From NCBI GenBank assembly GCA_016779985.1, contig JADHMP010000010.1, positions 15,481-79,480 on the forward strand: a DNA stretch of 64,000 nt, read 5' to 3'. Shown in pieces: positions 8,888 through 17,755 of this stretch. Below the pieces are notes generated by a model. That model was not told where the DNA came from and ran no database searches. It saw only the letters and a list, made by a program, of their open reading frames with translations. Position 1 is the stretch's first letter. Each line of letters opens with the position of its first letter. This stretch comes from Flavobacteriaceae bacterium (lineage in GTDB: Bacteria > Bacteroidota > Bacteroidia > Flavobacteriales > Flavobacteriaceae). A program made the translations under genes and the position numbers.

Positions 8888-9939
8888 TTAAAATGGAGTG
8901 AAGCTAATTGCATAAGACAAAGCTCAATATGCAAATTTTTATTTTGACTACTCTTAAAACTAATCTCACACTGATTCAACACTTCAAGGGCCTCTAGAAG
9001 CCACTCAGAATTTATATTTTGTGATTGTTTTTCATATTTATCTTGAATGCCTTGCCCAAGTTCTAGAAGAGCATGTGTCTTTTGGTCTTTGACAAAAAGA
9101 AGGGTCCTTAAATGCTCCTCTAATCCCAAAATAAACTGCATCCCGTCAAACCCTTTTTGTCTTAAAGAATTAAAATCAATAAGCACTTCTGGAATTTGGT
9201 GTTTTAAAAATTGATTGACAAAAGAAAAATAAGAGTCAAAATCAAGAACATTTAGGTTTTCGGCTACAAGAGTTGTTTTAAGGTTACCATTAGTAAAACT
9301 AACCATGCGGTCATAAATTGAAAAAGCATCTCTCAAAGCACCGTCTGCTTTTTGAGAAATAAGGAGAAGCGCTTCATCCTCAAATTTCAATTCTTGTTGA
9401 ATGGCAATTTTTGTTAAATGCTGTTGGATATCTAAAACACTTATTCTTTTAAAATCATAAACTTGACAACGAGATAAAATGGTGGGGATAATTTTGTTTT
9501 TTTCTGTAGTGGCTAAAATGAATATTGCGTGTTTTGGTGGTTCTTCTAGAGTTTTTAAAAAAGCATTGAAGGCTGACTGGGTGAGCATATGCACTTCATC
9601 AATAATATACACTTTATGTGTTCCTACTTGAGGAGGAATACGAACTTGTTCGTTAATTTTTCTAATGTCTTCTACTAAATTATTTGAGGCAGCGTCTAGT
9701 TCAAACACATTAAAAGCAAAATCTTCTGACTGATTTCCATTTTGCGAGTTAATTTCTTGGGCAAGTATCCTCGCACAGGAAGTTTTTCCTACCCCTCTTG
9801 GGCCACAAAACAAAAGTGATTGAGCCAGTTGTTGAGTGTCTAAAGCATTTTGGAGGGTTTGCGTAATTGCTTGTTGCCCAACAACTTCTTCAAACCTTGT
9901 GGGTCTATATTTTAAAGCCGAAACGACAAATGATTCCAT
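8863..9939 (-). CDS. dnaX: DNA polymerase III subunit gamma/tau, 0-frame (gamma-like, domains I-III) product
   Basis: MESFVVSALKYRPTRFEEVVGQ, Walker A GPRGVGKTS, DEVHML and ILSRCQ motifs. The likely start is the ATG at 9939, not 9981. It stops 3 codons after the A10 run. Confidence 0.9.
   Translation of the reverse strand: MESFVVSALKYRPTRFEEVVGQQAITQTLQNALDTQQLAQSLLFCGPRGVGKTSCARILAQEINSQNGNQSEDFAFNVFELDAASNNLVEDIRKINEQVRIPPQVGTHKVYIIDEVHMLTQSAFNAFLKTLEEPPKHAIFILATTEKNKIIPTILSRCQVYDFKRISVLDIQQHLTKIAIQQELKFEDEALLLISQKADGALRDAFSIYDRMVSFTNGNLKTTLVAENLNVLDFDSYFSFVNQFLKHQIPEVLIDFNSLRQKGFDGMQFILGLEEHLRTLLFVKDQKTHALLELGQGIQDKYEKQSQNINSEWLLEALEVLNQCEISFKSSQNKNLHIELCLMQLASLHFNGEKKKTT
8873..8882 (-). 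other. A10 homopolymer: candidate slippery site for transcriptional or -1 ribosomal slippage in dnaX
   Basis: The minus strand reads AAT GGA GAA AAA AAA AAG ACT ACA TAA. One extra A fuses the two dnaX ORFs. Confidence 0.6.
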
Positions 9940-10028
9940 TACATTACAAATATAGGAATCGCACCATTTTGAAAGTTCCACTTCTTAAGATAAAAAGCCA
10001 TAATTATTAACAAAGATGCTAAATTTGT

Positions 10029-10322
10029 GCCGCAGGCTATCTTATCGCTTTATTTTTATAAATAGAGAGGAAAGTCCGGACACCGTAGGGCAGCATAGCG
10101 GGTAACACCCGTCGTGACAGCAATGTCATAGGAAAAGTGCAACAGAAAGCAAGTACAGTTTGGCTGTAGTGAAATCAGGTAAACTCTATGCGGTGCAACG
10201 CCAAGTATATCTACAATTAAGAGTGGTCCGTTCAATGTAGAGGGGTAGGCGGCTAGAATGTGTCAGCAATGGCCCATCCAGATAAATGATAAGACTCGAC
10301 AGAATCCGGCTTATCGGCCTGC
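10029..10322 (+). ncRNA. rnpB: RNase P RNA, bacterial type A
   Basis: Universally conserved GAGGAAAGTCCGGAC (P4 5' strand) and ACAGAATCCGGCTTATCGG (P4 3' strand). GGGTAGGCGGCT...AGATAAATGA parallels E. coli M1 RNA. 5' GCAGGC pairs with 3' GCCTGC (P1). Ends are approximate (+/-5 nt). Confidence 0.9.
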
Positions 10323-10859
10323 TTTTTCTTTTGAAAAAAAACTAAAACTATTATTTCCATACACTCTTGAATATTCCCAGTTAGAGTGTCTATCAAATAA
10401 ATATTTTTTTTCGTGCTCAATAATTAGCAACCCCTGCTCTTGAAGTCTTGGTATTGCTTCATCAATTAAAACTTCATATGCCTTATAATCCCAATCATAG
10501 GGAGGGTCAGCAAATATGAAGGTAAAATTTTTGTGACTTTTTGTTAAATATTGAATTACATCACTTTGAATAGTGTGGATTGTAAAATCAAGCACCTCGG
10601 AGGTTTTATCAATAAATGCAATACACTTTCTGTTTTGTTCTACAGCAGTGATCTCAGATACTCCTCTAGAAGCAAATTCATAGCTTATGTTTCCTGTACC
10701 TGAAAACAAATCTAAGACGACAATATTTTCAAAACTAAATTGATGTTGTAAAATATTAAACAAACCTTCTTTGGCTCTATCAGTAGTTGGCCGAACGGGT
10801 AAATTTTTTGGTGCTAGGAGCCGTCTTCCCTTAGCACTTCCCGAAATGATTCGAATCAT
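10311..10859 (-). CDS. rsmD: 16S rRNA (guanine966-N2)-methyltransferase RsmD
   Basis: 182 aa with MIRIISG..KGRRL, the SAM motif LDLFSGTGNIS and the catalytic FADPPY. Confidence 0.85.
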   Translation of the reverse strand: MIRIISGSAKGRRLLAPKNLPVRPTTDRAKEGLFNILQHQFSFENIVVLDLFSGTGNISYEFASRGVSEITAVEQNRKCIAFIDKTSEVLDFTIHTIQSDVIQYLTKSHKNFTFIFADPPYDWDYKAYEVLIDEAIPRLQEQGLLIIEHEKKYLFDRHSNWEYSRVYGNNSFSFFSKEKAGR

Positions 10860-11650
10860 ATCAAGAAATTTACAAGAAAGGGAGAAGGATGTTCTTCTGA
10901 GTGTTTATGTTCTCTTTCAGGAGAAAGAAAAAAAATAGCATTCTGATAGCTTTTGGTAGCCTCATAATATTTTCTAAATGGCTCAAATGTGCCCATAAAA
11001 ATCATAGAAAACTCGTCTGGATTCCATTTCATTTGCTCTACAATAAAAAAGAGATAATACAAAAAGGTCTCTTCTGAAATCAATTCAAATGTGTTGTAGA
11101 GTTCAAACTGATCTCCTTTAAAAACAAATACATCAAAGCTATCTTTACTCAAATGAATATAAACCTTGTTTCCTGGGTATTTTGAAAGTTTTTGTAGGAT
11201 ACAATCAAAAAGTTTTTTGATATAATGTGTTCTTTCTACAGATTTAGCATGTGCCTTTAAATAATCAAAAACAAGTGGTCGTTCTTCATACATAAGAATC
11301 AGTTTTTGCACTTCATTTTGATCATAGACCAATTTACTAGTAGACGATTTTGGTGCAAAAAACTGCCAATATTCTTTTAGTTTACTTTCAGAAAAAAGAG
11401 GCTTAGGTATAAAAAGGCAAGGCCCGTCATGACAAATCCATTGGATGTCATCATATTGTTTTTCGGGGGAATAGTGCAATAAAGACTCAAAAATATGACG
11501 TGTTTCCTCATTAAAGGAAATAGTTTCTTGAAAGTCTATAGATTCAGAAGTACAAAAAGAAAAACCATTTTTGTAGCTGTGAATGGAAAGTGAATTTGTG
11601 TGCGAGCTATTATTCTTTTCTGGCATCAAAAATAGTTGGCCAGTTTCCAT
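10856..11650 (-). CDS. Conserved hypothetical protein (DUF3822-like by position upstream of rsmD in flavobacteria)
   Basis: 264 aa with a 4-nt overlap with rsmD. The family call is from remembered synteny, not motifs. The start could be the Met at 11626. Confidence 0.5.
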   Translation of the reverse strand: METGQLFLMPEKNNSSHTNSLSIHSYKNGFSFCTSESIDFQETISFNEETRHIFESLLHYSPEKQYDDIQWICHDGPCLFIPKPLFSESKLKEYWQFFAPKSSTSKLVYDQNEVQKLILMYEERPLVFDYLKAHAKSVERTHYIKKLFDCILQKLSKYPGNKVYIHLSKDSFDVFVFKGDQFELYNTFELISEETFLYYLFFIVEQMKWNPDEFSMIFMGTFEPFRKYYEATKSYQNAIFFLSPEREHKHSEEHPSPFLVNFLI

Positions 11651-12257
11651 TTGTACTCACGTCGGTGAGCGATCCCAAAATAATTTCGGGGCCATTGACA
11701 CCATCTACAGAAACTGTTTCGTTTTCTTGCTTTACCAAGTCTTCATTTTGGTCGTGTAGTATAATATTTTTAGCCACTTTAACTTCAAAAACAGGAACTT
11801 TATAATTGTTCTTGTTAATAATGTCTGCCTTTAGTTGGAATTTGGCGTCAATACCTTCAATAGGTACCATTTCCATTTCTTTATATCTTGAGCTTGTTTT
11901 GAAAAGAGAATCTTTTACTGGAACAAAACCTAACGTATCAATCACGATGACCTCTTTTAGCATGTCAATACGATATGTTCTATCGTATTCTATGTAGGAA
12001 GAATCTCGTTGTTCAATGAGGGTAAAAATACCTTCATCTATAAACTTCACAAGGCTATCAAAATTATTGGAAAACGCTCCTTTAACGTCCCTGTGAGCAA
12101 TTTGTGCCAAACGAATGTCTTTTAACCGATCTATGACTTGAGCATAACGCTCATTTTTTTTCTGATTAAACTGTATCGGACCGTTTATCGAATCGTAAAT
12201 TTTGTAACTAAAGAAAAACGACAATATCCAAAGTACAATCTGAGCAACTAGTTTCAT
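11610..12257 (-). CDS. Hypothetical membrane-anchored protein
   Basis: 215 aa with an N-terminal hydrophobic helix (LVAQIVLWILSFFFSY). Appears co-oriented in an operon with the DUF3822-like gene and rsmD. Confidence 0.55.
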   Translation of the reverse strand: MKLVAQIVLWILSFFFSYKIYDSINGPIQFNQKKNERYAQVIDRLKDIRLAQIAHRDVKGAFSNNFDSLVKFIDEGIFTLIEQRDSSYIEYDRTYRIDMLKEVIVIDTLGFVPVKDSLFKTSSRYKEMEMVPIEGIDAKFQLKADIINKNNYKVPVFEVKVAKNIILHDQNEDLVKQENETVSVDGVNGPEIILGSLTDVSTNGNWPTIFDARKE

Positions 12258-12353
12258 TTAATGATAAATTTTAAGACAAAAACAAATCTACAATTTTTTT
12301 TTAATCACTAAAGTTTTTGAAATAATTTATCTTTATCCATTACGACTTACCTT

Positions 12354-13775
12354 ATGAACCGCTCAGCCATTTCGGCTTTTTTAGAAAAAAACTTTGGATT
12401 TGTCCCCACAGCGTCCCAAGAAGCTTGGTTTCCTGCCATTGCTGCTTTTTTAGCCAATCAAGAAAACAATTCAGTCTTTATTTTTAAAGGCTACGCAGGA
12501 ACCGGAAAGACAACCCTTGTTGCCTATTTGGTGCAACACCTTCAAACTCTTCGATTTAAATGGGTTTTAATGGCACCAACTGGCAGAGCAGCAAAAATTT
12601 TATCACACTATGCTGGTCAGAAAGCTTTTACTATTCACAAGCAAATATATTTTCCAAAAAGTAATAGTAGGGGAGGCATTCAATTTCAATTGAAACCCAA
12701 TAGATTTACAAAAACAATTTTTATTGTTGACGAAGCTTCGATGATAGGAGATGATGCGCAACAATCAAAATTATTTGAAAATGGCTCCTTATTAGAAGAT
12801 TTGGTGCATTATGTTCGGCAGGGTAAAGATTGTAAACTCCTTTTTGTGGGTGATACCGCTCAATTGCCTCCCGTACATTTAGATAGAAGCCCAGCTCTAG
12901 ATGAGGTTACTATGGAAAAGTTTTATTTTGATGAAGTCTTTTGTACAGAACTTTCTGAAGTTGTTCGACAAGCTAAAGACTCAGGTATCTTATATAATGC
13001 TACCAAAATACGAGAACAAATAAATCGAGAATTTTTTGAAGCTTTTGAATTTGAGCTTTCTCCTTTTGATGATGTGATACGTTTAGAAAGTGGAGAGGAA
13101 ATATTAGAAGCTCTTCAAGAGTCTTATGATGAGGTGGGAAAAGAGGATTCGGCAGTCATCGTTAGATCCAATAAAAGGGCTACTCTATATAATAAAAATA
13201 TTCGAAACCGCATTTTATTTTTGGAACATCACCTAGCAGTTGGAGACCAATTGATGGTTGTTAAGAATAACTACTTTTGGTTAAGTGCTGACTCACAACC
13301 AGGATTTATTGCCAATGGAGATTTAATTGCAATTACAGCCATTCATAAGTATAAATCACTGTATGGTTTTTCATTTGCAGAAGTAAGTGTTAAGTTGGTT
13401 GATTATCCAGAAGAGCCTTCTTTTGAAACCACTCTTTTATTAGATACTTTAGAAAATGATCATGCTTCTCTCACTTATGAAAAATCGCAAGAATTATATC
13501 AAGCAGTTCTTGAAGATTATGCCGACATAAAATCTAAATATAAAAAACTATTAAAAGTCAAGAAGAATCCTTTTTTCAATGCACTTCAGGTTAAATATTC
13601 TTATGCGATCACTTGTCACAAATCTCAAGGGGGCCAATGGAAAAGAGTGTTTATTGAGCAACCCTACTTACCCGAGGGTATGGATAAAGATTTTTTCAGA
13701 TGGTTATACACTGCCTTGACACGTGCTAAAGAAAGAGTATATTTGGTGGGATTTTCAAAATCTTATTTTAATTAG
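12354..13775 (+). CDS. RecD/Pif1-like SF1 ATP-dependent DNA helicase
   Basis: 473 aa with Walker A GYAGTGKTT, Walker B FIVDEASMI, VGDTAQLPPV and a C-terminal AITCHKSQGGQW motif. Confidence 0.8.
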   Translation: MNRSAISAFLEKNFGFVPTASQEAWFPAIAAFLANQENNSVFIFKGYAGTGKTTLVAYLVQHLQTLRFKWVLMAPTGRAAKILSHYAGQKAFTIHKQIYFPKSNSRGGIQFQLKPNRFTKTIFIVDEASMIGDDAQQSKLFENGSLLEDLVHYVRQGKDCKLLFVGDTAQLPPVHLDRSPALDEVTMEKFYFDEVFCTELSEVVRQAKDSGILYNATKIREQINREFFEAFEFELSPFDDVIRLESGEEILEALQESYDEVGKEDSAVIVRSNKRATLYNKNIRNRILFLEHHLAVGDQLMVVKNNYFWLSADSQPGFIANGDLIAITAIHKYKSLYGFSFAEVSVKLVDYPEEPSFETTLLLDTLENDHASLTYEKSQELYQAVLEDYADIKSKYKKLLKVKKNPFFNALQVKYSYAITCHKSQGGQWKRVFIEQPYLPEGMDKDFFRWLYTALTRAKERVYLVGFSKSYFN

Positions 13776-13780
13776 AAATT

Positions 13781-14518
13781 TTGCGTGTTGTAGCTTTAAT
13801 TCCAGCCCGATATGATGCCCAGCGTTTTCCAGGCAAACTGATGGAAGCTTTGGGGTCTAACACTGTCATTGGACAAACCTACACGGCAGCAGTAGAGTCA
13901 GCTCTTTTTGATAAAGTGGTGGTAGTTACTGATAGTGAGCGCATTGCCAATCATCTCAATGAAATTGGAGGAAATGTGCTCTTAAGAAAAGAAGAGCATG
14001 CTTGTGGAAGTGATCGTATTGCAGCAGTTGCTCACGAATTTGAGGCTGATATTTTTCTAAATATTCAAGGAGATGAACCCTTTTTAGACACCGACAGCTT
14101 AAAGGCTTTGTTGGCTGTCTTTAAAAATGATCCAAACCAAGAAATTGCTTTGGCTTCTCTTATGAACCTTATTGTTGATGCTAACGAAATTGAAGATCCA
14201 AATGTGGTTAAAGTAATAGTTAACAAAAAAAACCAGGCACTATATTTCTCTCGTTATCCGATTCCTTACAACAGAAATACTGAAAACTCGCCTAAGCGTT
14301 TTAAACACCGAGGCGTATATGCCTTCAGAAAAGACGCTTTAGTTTCATTTAGTCAACATGAAGTTACCCCTCTTGAAGAGTCAGAAAAAATTGAATGTAT
14401 TCGATTTCTTGAAATGGGACAGCGAATACAAATGATAGAGACCACAAGAGAAGGAATTGGAATTGATACACCAAAGGATTTGCAAAGGGCCAGAAAAATA
14501 AGCCATAAAAAAGATTGA
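13781..14518 (+). CDS. kdsB: 3-deoxy-manno-octulosonate cytidylyltransferase (CMP-KDO synthetase)
   Basis: 245 aa with ALIPARYDAQRFPGK, NIQGDEPF and IGIDTPKDL. TTG start. Confidence 0.88.
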   Translation: MRVVALIPARYDAQRFPGKLMEALGSNTVIGQTYTAAVESALFDKVVVVTDSERIANHLNEIGGNVLLRKEEHACGSDRIAAVAHEFEADIFLNIQGDEPFLDTDSLKALLAVFKNDPNQEIALASLMNLIVDANEIEDPNVVKVIVNKKNQALYFSRYPIPYNRNTENSPKRFKHRGVYAFRKDALVSFSQHEVTPLEESEKIECIRFLEMGQRIQMIETTREGIGIDTPKDLQRARKISHKKD

Positions 14519-15058
14519 ATGAGGTCACAATTTTCGAGATGGTTTTATTTTAAATTTTTGGGGTGGAAACTCATTGGAAGTTTACCTGATCTAAAAAAAT
14601 ATCTAATTATTGTTGTGCCACACACTAGCTGGCGTGATTTTTTTGTAGGCCTTTTAGTGAGAAGTATATTAAAAGAAAAACTAAATTTCGTGGGTAAAAA
14701 AGAACTTTTTGGCCCATTAACAGGTTGGTTTTTCAAAGGGTTAGGCGGTGCACCAATTGACCGGTCAGGAAATAAAAATACGGTTGATGCAATTGTATCC
14801 CTTTATCAACAAAGAGACTACTTCAGGTTGGCTCTGGCACCAGAGGGTACTAGAAAAAAAGTAGACCAGTGGCGCACTGGTTTTTATCATATTGCTAAAA
14901 AACTTAATATCCCAATAGTTCCAGTGGCTTTCGATTATTCAAAAAGAAGAGTGACCATTTTTAATGCCTATTCTATGCTTGAGGAGCAGGAAAAAGATTT
15001 TAAGAATTTAAAAGCTTATTTTGAAGGAGTTAAAGGGTATCATCCAGAGCGGAGCTAA
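14519..15058 (+). CDS. Lysophospholipid (1-acyl-sn-glycerol-3-phosphate) acyltransferase family protein
   Basis: 179 aa with the HX4D motif (PHTSWRDF) and APEGTR. The start abuts the kdsB stop. Confidence 0.75.
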   Translation: MRSQFSRWFYFKFLGWKLIGSLPDLKKYLIIVVPHTSWRDFFVGLLVRSILKEKLNFVGKKELFGPLTGWFFKGLGGAPIDRSGNKNTVDAIVSLYQQRDYFRLALAPEGTRKKVDQWRTGFYHIAKKLNIPIVPVAFDYSKRRVTIFNAYSMLEEQEKDFKNLKAYFEGVKGYHPERS

Positions 15059-15066
15059 ATGACCAT

Positions 15067-15774
15067 TTATTCCATGGTGTGGTTCACATTTTGGACATCT
15101 TCGTCTTGCTCAATTTTTTCTAAAAGTTTTTCAAGTTCTTCCTGTTGTTCAAGTGATATTTTTTTTGTTACCCGAGGTATCCGATCAAATCCAGAAGACA
15201 AGATTTCTAAGTTTCTATTTTCTAATTCTTTTTGAACCGCCCCAAACTTTTCAAAAGGAGCATAGAGCAATAGACCATCTTCATCAACAAAAACTTCTTC
15301 AACACCATAGTCTATGAATTCAAGTTCTATTTCTTCTGGATCAAGACCCTCAGAAGGAATTCTAAAATTACACGTGTGATCAAACATAAATTCCACAGAA
15401 CCTGTTGTTCCAAGGGTACCATTGGCCTTATTAAAATAGCTTCTGATGTTTGCCACCGTGCGGTTATTGTTGTTAGTTGCTGTTTCAACTAAAATGGCAA
15501 TTCCATGTGGACCATACCCTTCAAATAATATCTCTTTATAATTCTCGGTAGCTTTATCACTTGCTTTTTTAATGGCACGCTCCACATTATCTTTAGGCAT
15601 GTTTGCAGCCTTTGCATTTTGAATGACTGCTCTTAAGCGTGCATTATTGCCTGGGTCTGGGCCTCCTTCTTTGACGGCTATGACAATATCTTTTCCAATG
15701 CGTGTAAATATTTTGGCCATTGCAGACCATCGTTTCATTTTTCTTGCTTTACGAAATTCAAATGCTCTTCCCAT
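15067..15774 (-). CDS. YebC/PmpR family DNA-binding transcriptional regulator
   Basis: 235 aa with N-terminal MGRAFEFRKARKMKRW and KAANMPKDNVERAIKKA. Confidence 0.9.
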   Translation of the reverse strand: MGRAFEFRKARKMKRWSAMAKIFTRIGKDIVIAVKEGGPDPGNNARLRAVIQNAKAANMPKDNVERAIKKASDKATENYKEILFEGYGPHGIAILVETATNNNNRTVANIRSYFNKANGTLGTTGSVEFMFDHTCNFRIPSEGLDPEEIELEFIDYGVEEVFVDEDGLLLYAPFEKFGAVQKELENRNLEILSSGFDRIPRVTKKISLEQQEELEKLLEKIEQDEDVQNVNHTME

Positions 15775-15806
15775 GGATTGGATTTAGTGTCAAAAGTAAA
15801 AAAAAA

Positions 15807-16637
15807 TCACAAGGGCTTTTTTGTGTTTAAAATGTTGCAGTCATTCAACACATCGCTATAAGAGAGGAGTAGGTGATTAGGGAGTTTATTCTCTTTGGGC
15901 AAAGTGGCTAAATAGCGCATTTGATTTGAAGTAAACACTTGTTTAAATCGTCCAGCTTTTTTATGTCGTCCATTTATTAGGAGTTGAACAAATTCATAAT
16001 GCGAAATCAGATCTGAACTTCCCAAATGATAAATTCCAGTTTTTTTTTGATTGATGATATAATGAATTTGTTGTGAAAGTCTGGAGTCGCTGTTTACGTT
16101 GATGATTGTGTTGGGAAAAACTTCGATGGGCGCTCCAGCTACTATAGCCTTATCAAATGCTACAACCCTTGGTGCTTGTTTGCCGAAAATCATTGGGAGG
16201 CGCGCGATTACATATTTTCCGATAGGAAGCCGCATGATTTGATTCTCAATTTTGATTTTTATTTTACCATAAACACTCTCTGAAAAGGTTTTGTCATACT
16301 CATAGGAGGGGTAGTGTCTAAAGGTATCGAACACATTGGCGGAGGATAAAAACAAAATTCTTGAGTTGTGTTTTTTCACATAGTCACAAAGTAGATTATG
16401 AGCATCAATTTGAGTGTCAAAATCACCCCGAAGAGCGGAGATAATAAGTTTGGGTTTAACCTCGCGTAAAAGAGCGCTTAATTCTTCATTTTCAAGATCA
16501 AGAGGATAAAAATTTTGATTTTTTCTAAAACCCTTAGCAGTATAGTAGGTTGCTTTTACTTCAAAAAAAGGAGCTAATTCTTTATATAGCGTATGACCAA
16601 TAAAACCGCTCCCTCCTAAAATTAAAATCGGTTTCAA
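15807..16637 (-). CDS. NAD(P)-binding Rossmann protein, RmlD/epimerase-like
   Basis: 276 aa with N-terminal ILILGGSGFIGHTL. Substrate is not inferable. Confidence 0.6.
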   Translation of the reverse strand: MKPILILGGSGFIGHTLYKELAPFFEVKATYYTAKGFRKNQNFYPLDLENEELSALLREVKPKLIISALRGDFDTQIDAHNLLCDYVKKHNSRILFLSSANVFDTFRHYPSYEYDKTFSESVYGKIKIKIENQIMRLPIGKYVIARLPMIFGKQAPRVVAFDKAIVAGAPIEVFPNTIINVNSDSRLSQQIHYIINQKKTGIYHLGSSDLISHYEFVQLLINGRHKKAGRFKQVFTSNQMRYLATLPKENKLPNHLLLSYSDVLNDCNILNTKKPL

Positions 16638-17713
16638 AGAGTGGGTTTTAGAAAGGGTGGATTAACAATTTTTGCAGAGACAAATTTAGTTCTAATCTTT
16701 ATCAACACATTGTGGTCAACTTTAGCATTTTCTTTTTCTATATAAGCCAAACCGATACCACATTGTAAACTTGGAGATTGTGTTCCTGAGGTAATCTTTC
16801 CAATTGGTTTTTCAGTTAAATCAAAAACCTCATATTCACTGCGCGGAATTCCTCTTTCAAGCAATTGAAGTCCAACTAATTTTTGTGGTGTTCCATTTTC
16901 TTTTTGATTTTGTAAAATGCTTGCTCCTATACATTGCGTTTCTGGTTTTGTAACCCAACCCAATCCTGCTGCTATAGGAGAGCTATTGTCATTCAATTCA
17001 TTTCCATAAAGACAATATCCCATTTCTAATCTCAACGTATCTCTCGCTGCTAGACCGATTGGTTTTGCCCCAATTGTCAATATTTCGTTCCAAATGGTTG
17101 AAGCATATTTTTTATCAAAATAGAGTTCTACACCTCCTGAACCCGTATAACCAGTATTTGCAATTACTACAGACTCACAGTCTGCAAAAGTACCCTGCTG
17201 GTGTGAATAGTATGCAATCTCTTTTAGAGACACATCAGTCAGAGATTGGAGTGATTCAATTGCTTTTGGACCCTGAACCGCAAGAAGAATGGTCTTGTCA
17301 GAAAGATCTTCCAGCTGAACGTCAAACCCTTTTTTTTGCTGTTCCAACCATTTCCAATCCTTTTCAATATTGGCTGCATTGACCACAAGCATATAGTCGT
17401 TTGGACTTAACTGATAGACGATTAAATCGTCTATCACACCTCCAGTTTCATTAGGAAAGAAATTATATTGTGCCTTGCCTGGTTTTAATTTGGTAATGTC
17501 ATTGCTGCAAACCCGTTGTAAAAATGCCAATGCATCAAGCCCACTAATTTTAAATTCGCCCATATGTGAGACATCAAAAACGCCGAACTCATTCCTAACA
17601 GATAGATGCTCCTTAGTGACTCCTTCATACTGAACAGGCATTTCGAACCCAGCAAAAGGAACTATTTTTGCGCCTAACTTTAAATGCTCATTGTAAAGTG
17701 GTGTTTTTTTCAT
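16634..17713 (-). CDS. gcvT: Glycine cleavage system aminomethyltransferase T
   Basis: KKTPLYNEHLKLGAKIVPFAGFEMPVQY and FDVSHMGEF. The ATG at 17713 is preferred over the upstream TTG at 17743. Confidence 0.9.
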   Translation of the reverse strand: MKKTPLYNEHLKLGAKIVPFAGFEMPVQYEGVTKEHLSVRNEFGVFDVSHMGEFKISGLDALAFLQRVCSNDITKLKPGKAQYNFFPNETGGVIDDLIVYQLSPNDYMLVVNAANIEKDWKWLEQQKKGFDVQLEDLSDKTILLAVQGPKAIESLQSLTDVSLKEIAYYSHQQGTFADCESVVIANTGYTGSGGVELYFDKKYASTIWNEILTIGAKPIGLAARDTLRLEMGYCLYGNELNDNSSPIAAGLGWVTKPETQCIGASILQNQKENGTPQKLVGLQLLERGIPRSEYEVFDLTEKPIGKITSGTQSPSLQCGIGLAYIEKENAKVDHNVLIKIRTKFVSAKIVNPPFLKPTL

Positions 17714-17755
17714 ATGTTGCGTTAATCTTGACTTTAAAAACAAATAATCTTGCTC

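Noticed and set aside
8765-8947. 60-aa plus-strand ORF spanning the gap between the two dnaX ORFs.
   Set aside because: It is antisense to the continuous dnaX -1 frame and has low-complexity F/L/I-rich composition typical of AT-rich antisense frames.
10258-10443. 61-aa plus-strand ORF.
   Set aside because: It lies within the 3' part of RNase P RNA and antisense to rsmD, so it is spurious.
17714-17755. Glycine riboswitch upstream of gcvT, and a duplicated TAATCTTG (17723-17730, 17745-17752) as promoter -7 boxes or a leaderless pepP mRNA.
   Set aside because: Only 42 bp separate the divergent gcvT and pepP starts, too short for a glycine riboswitch. TAATCTTG deviates from TAnnTTTG, and two 8-mers are too little evidence.
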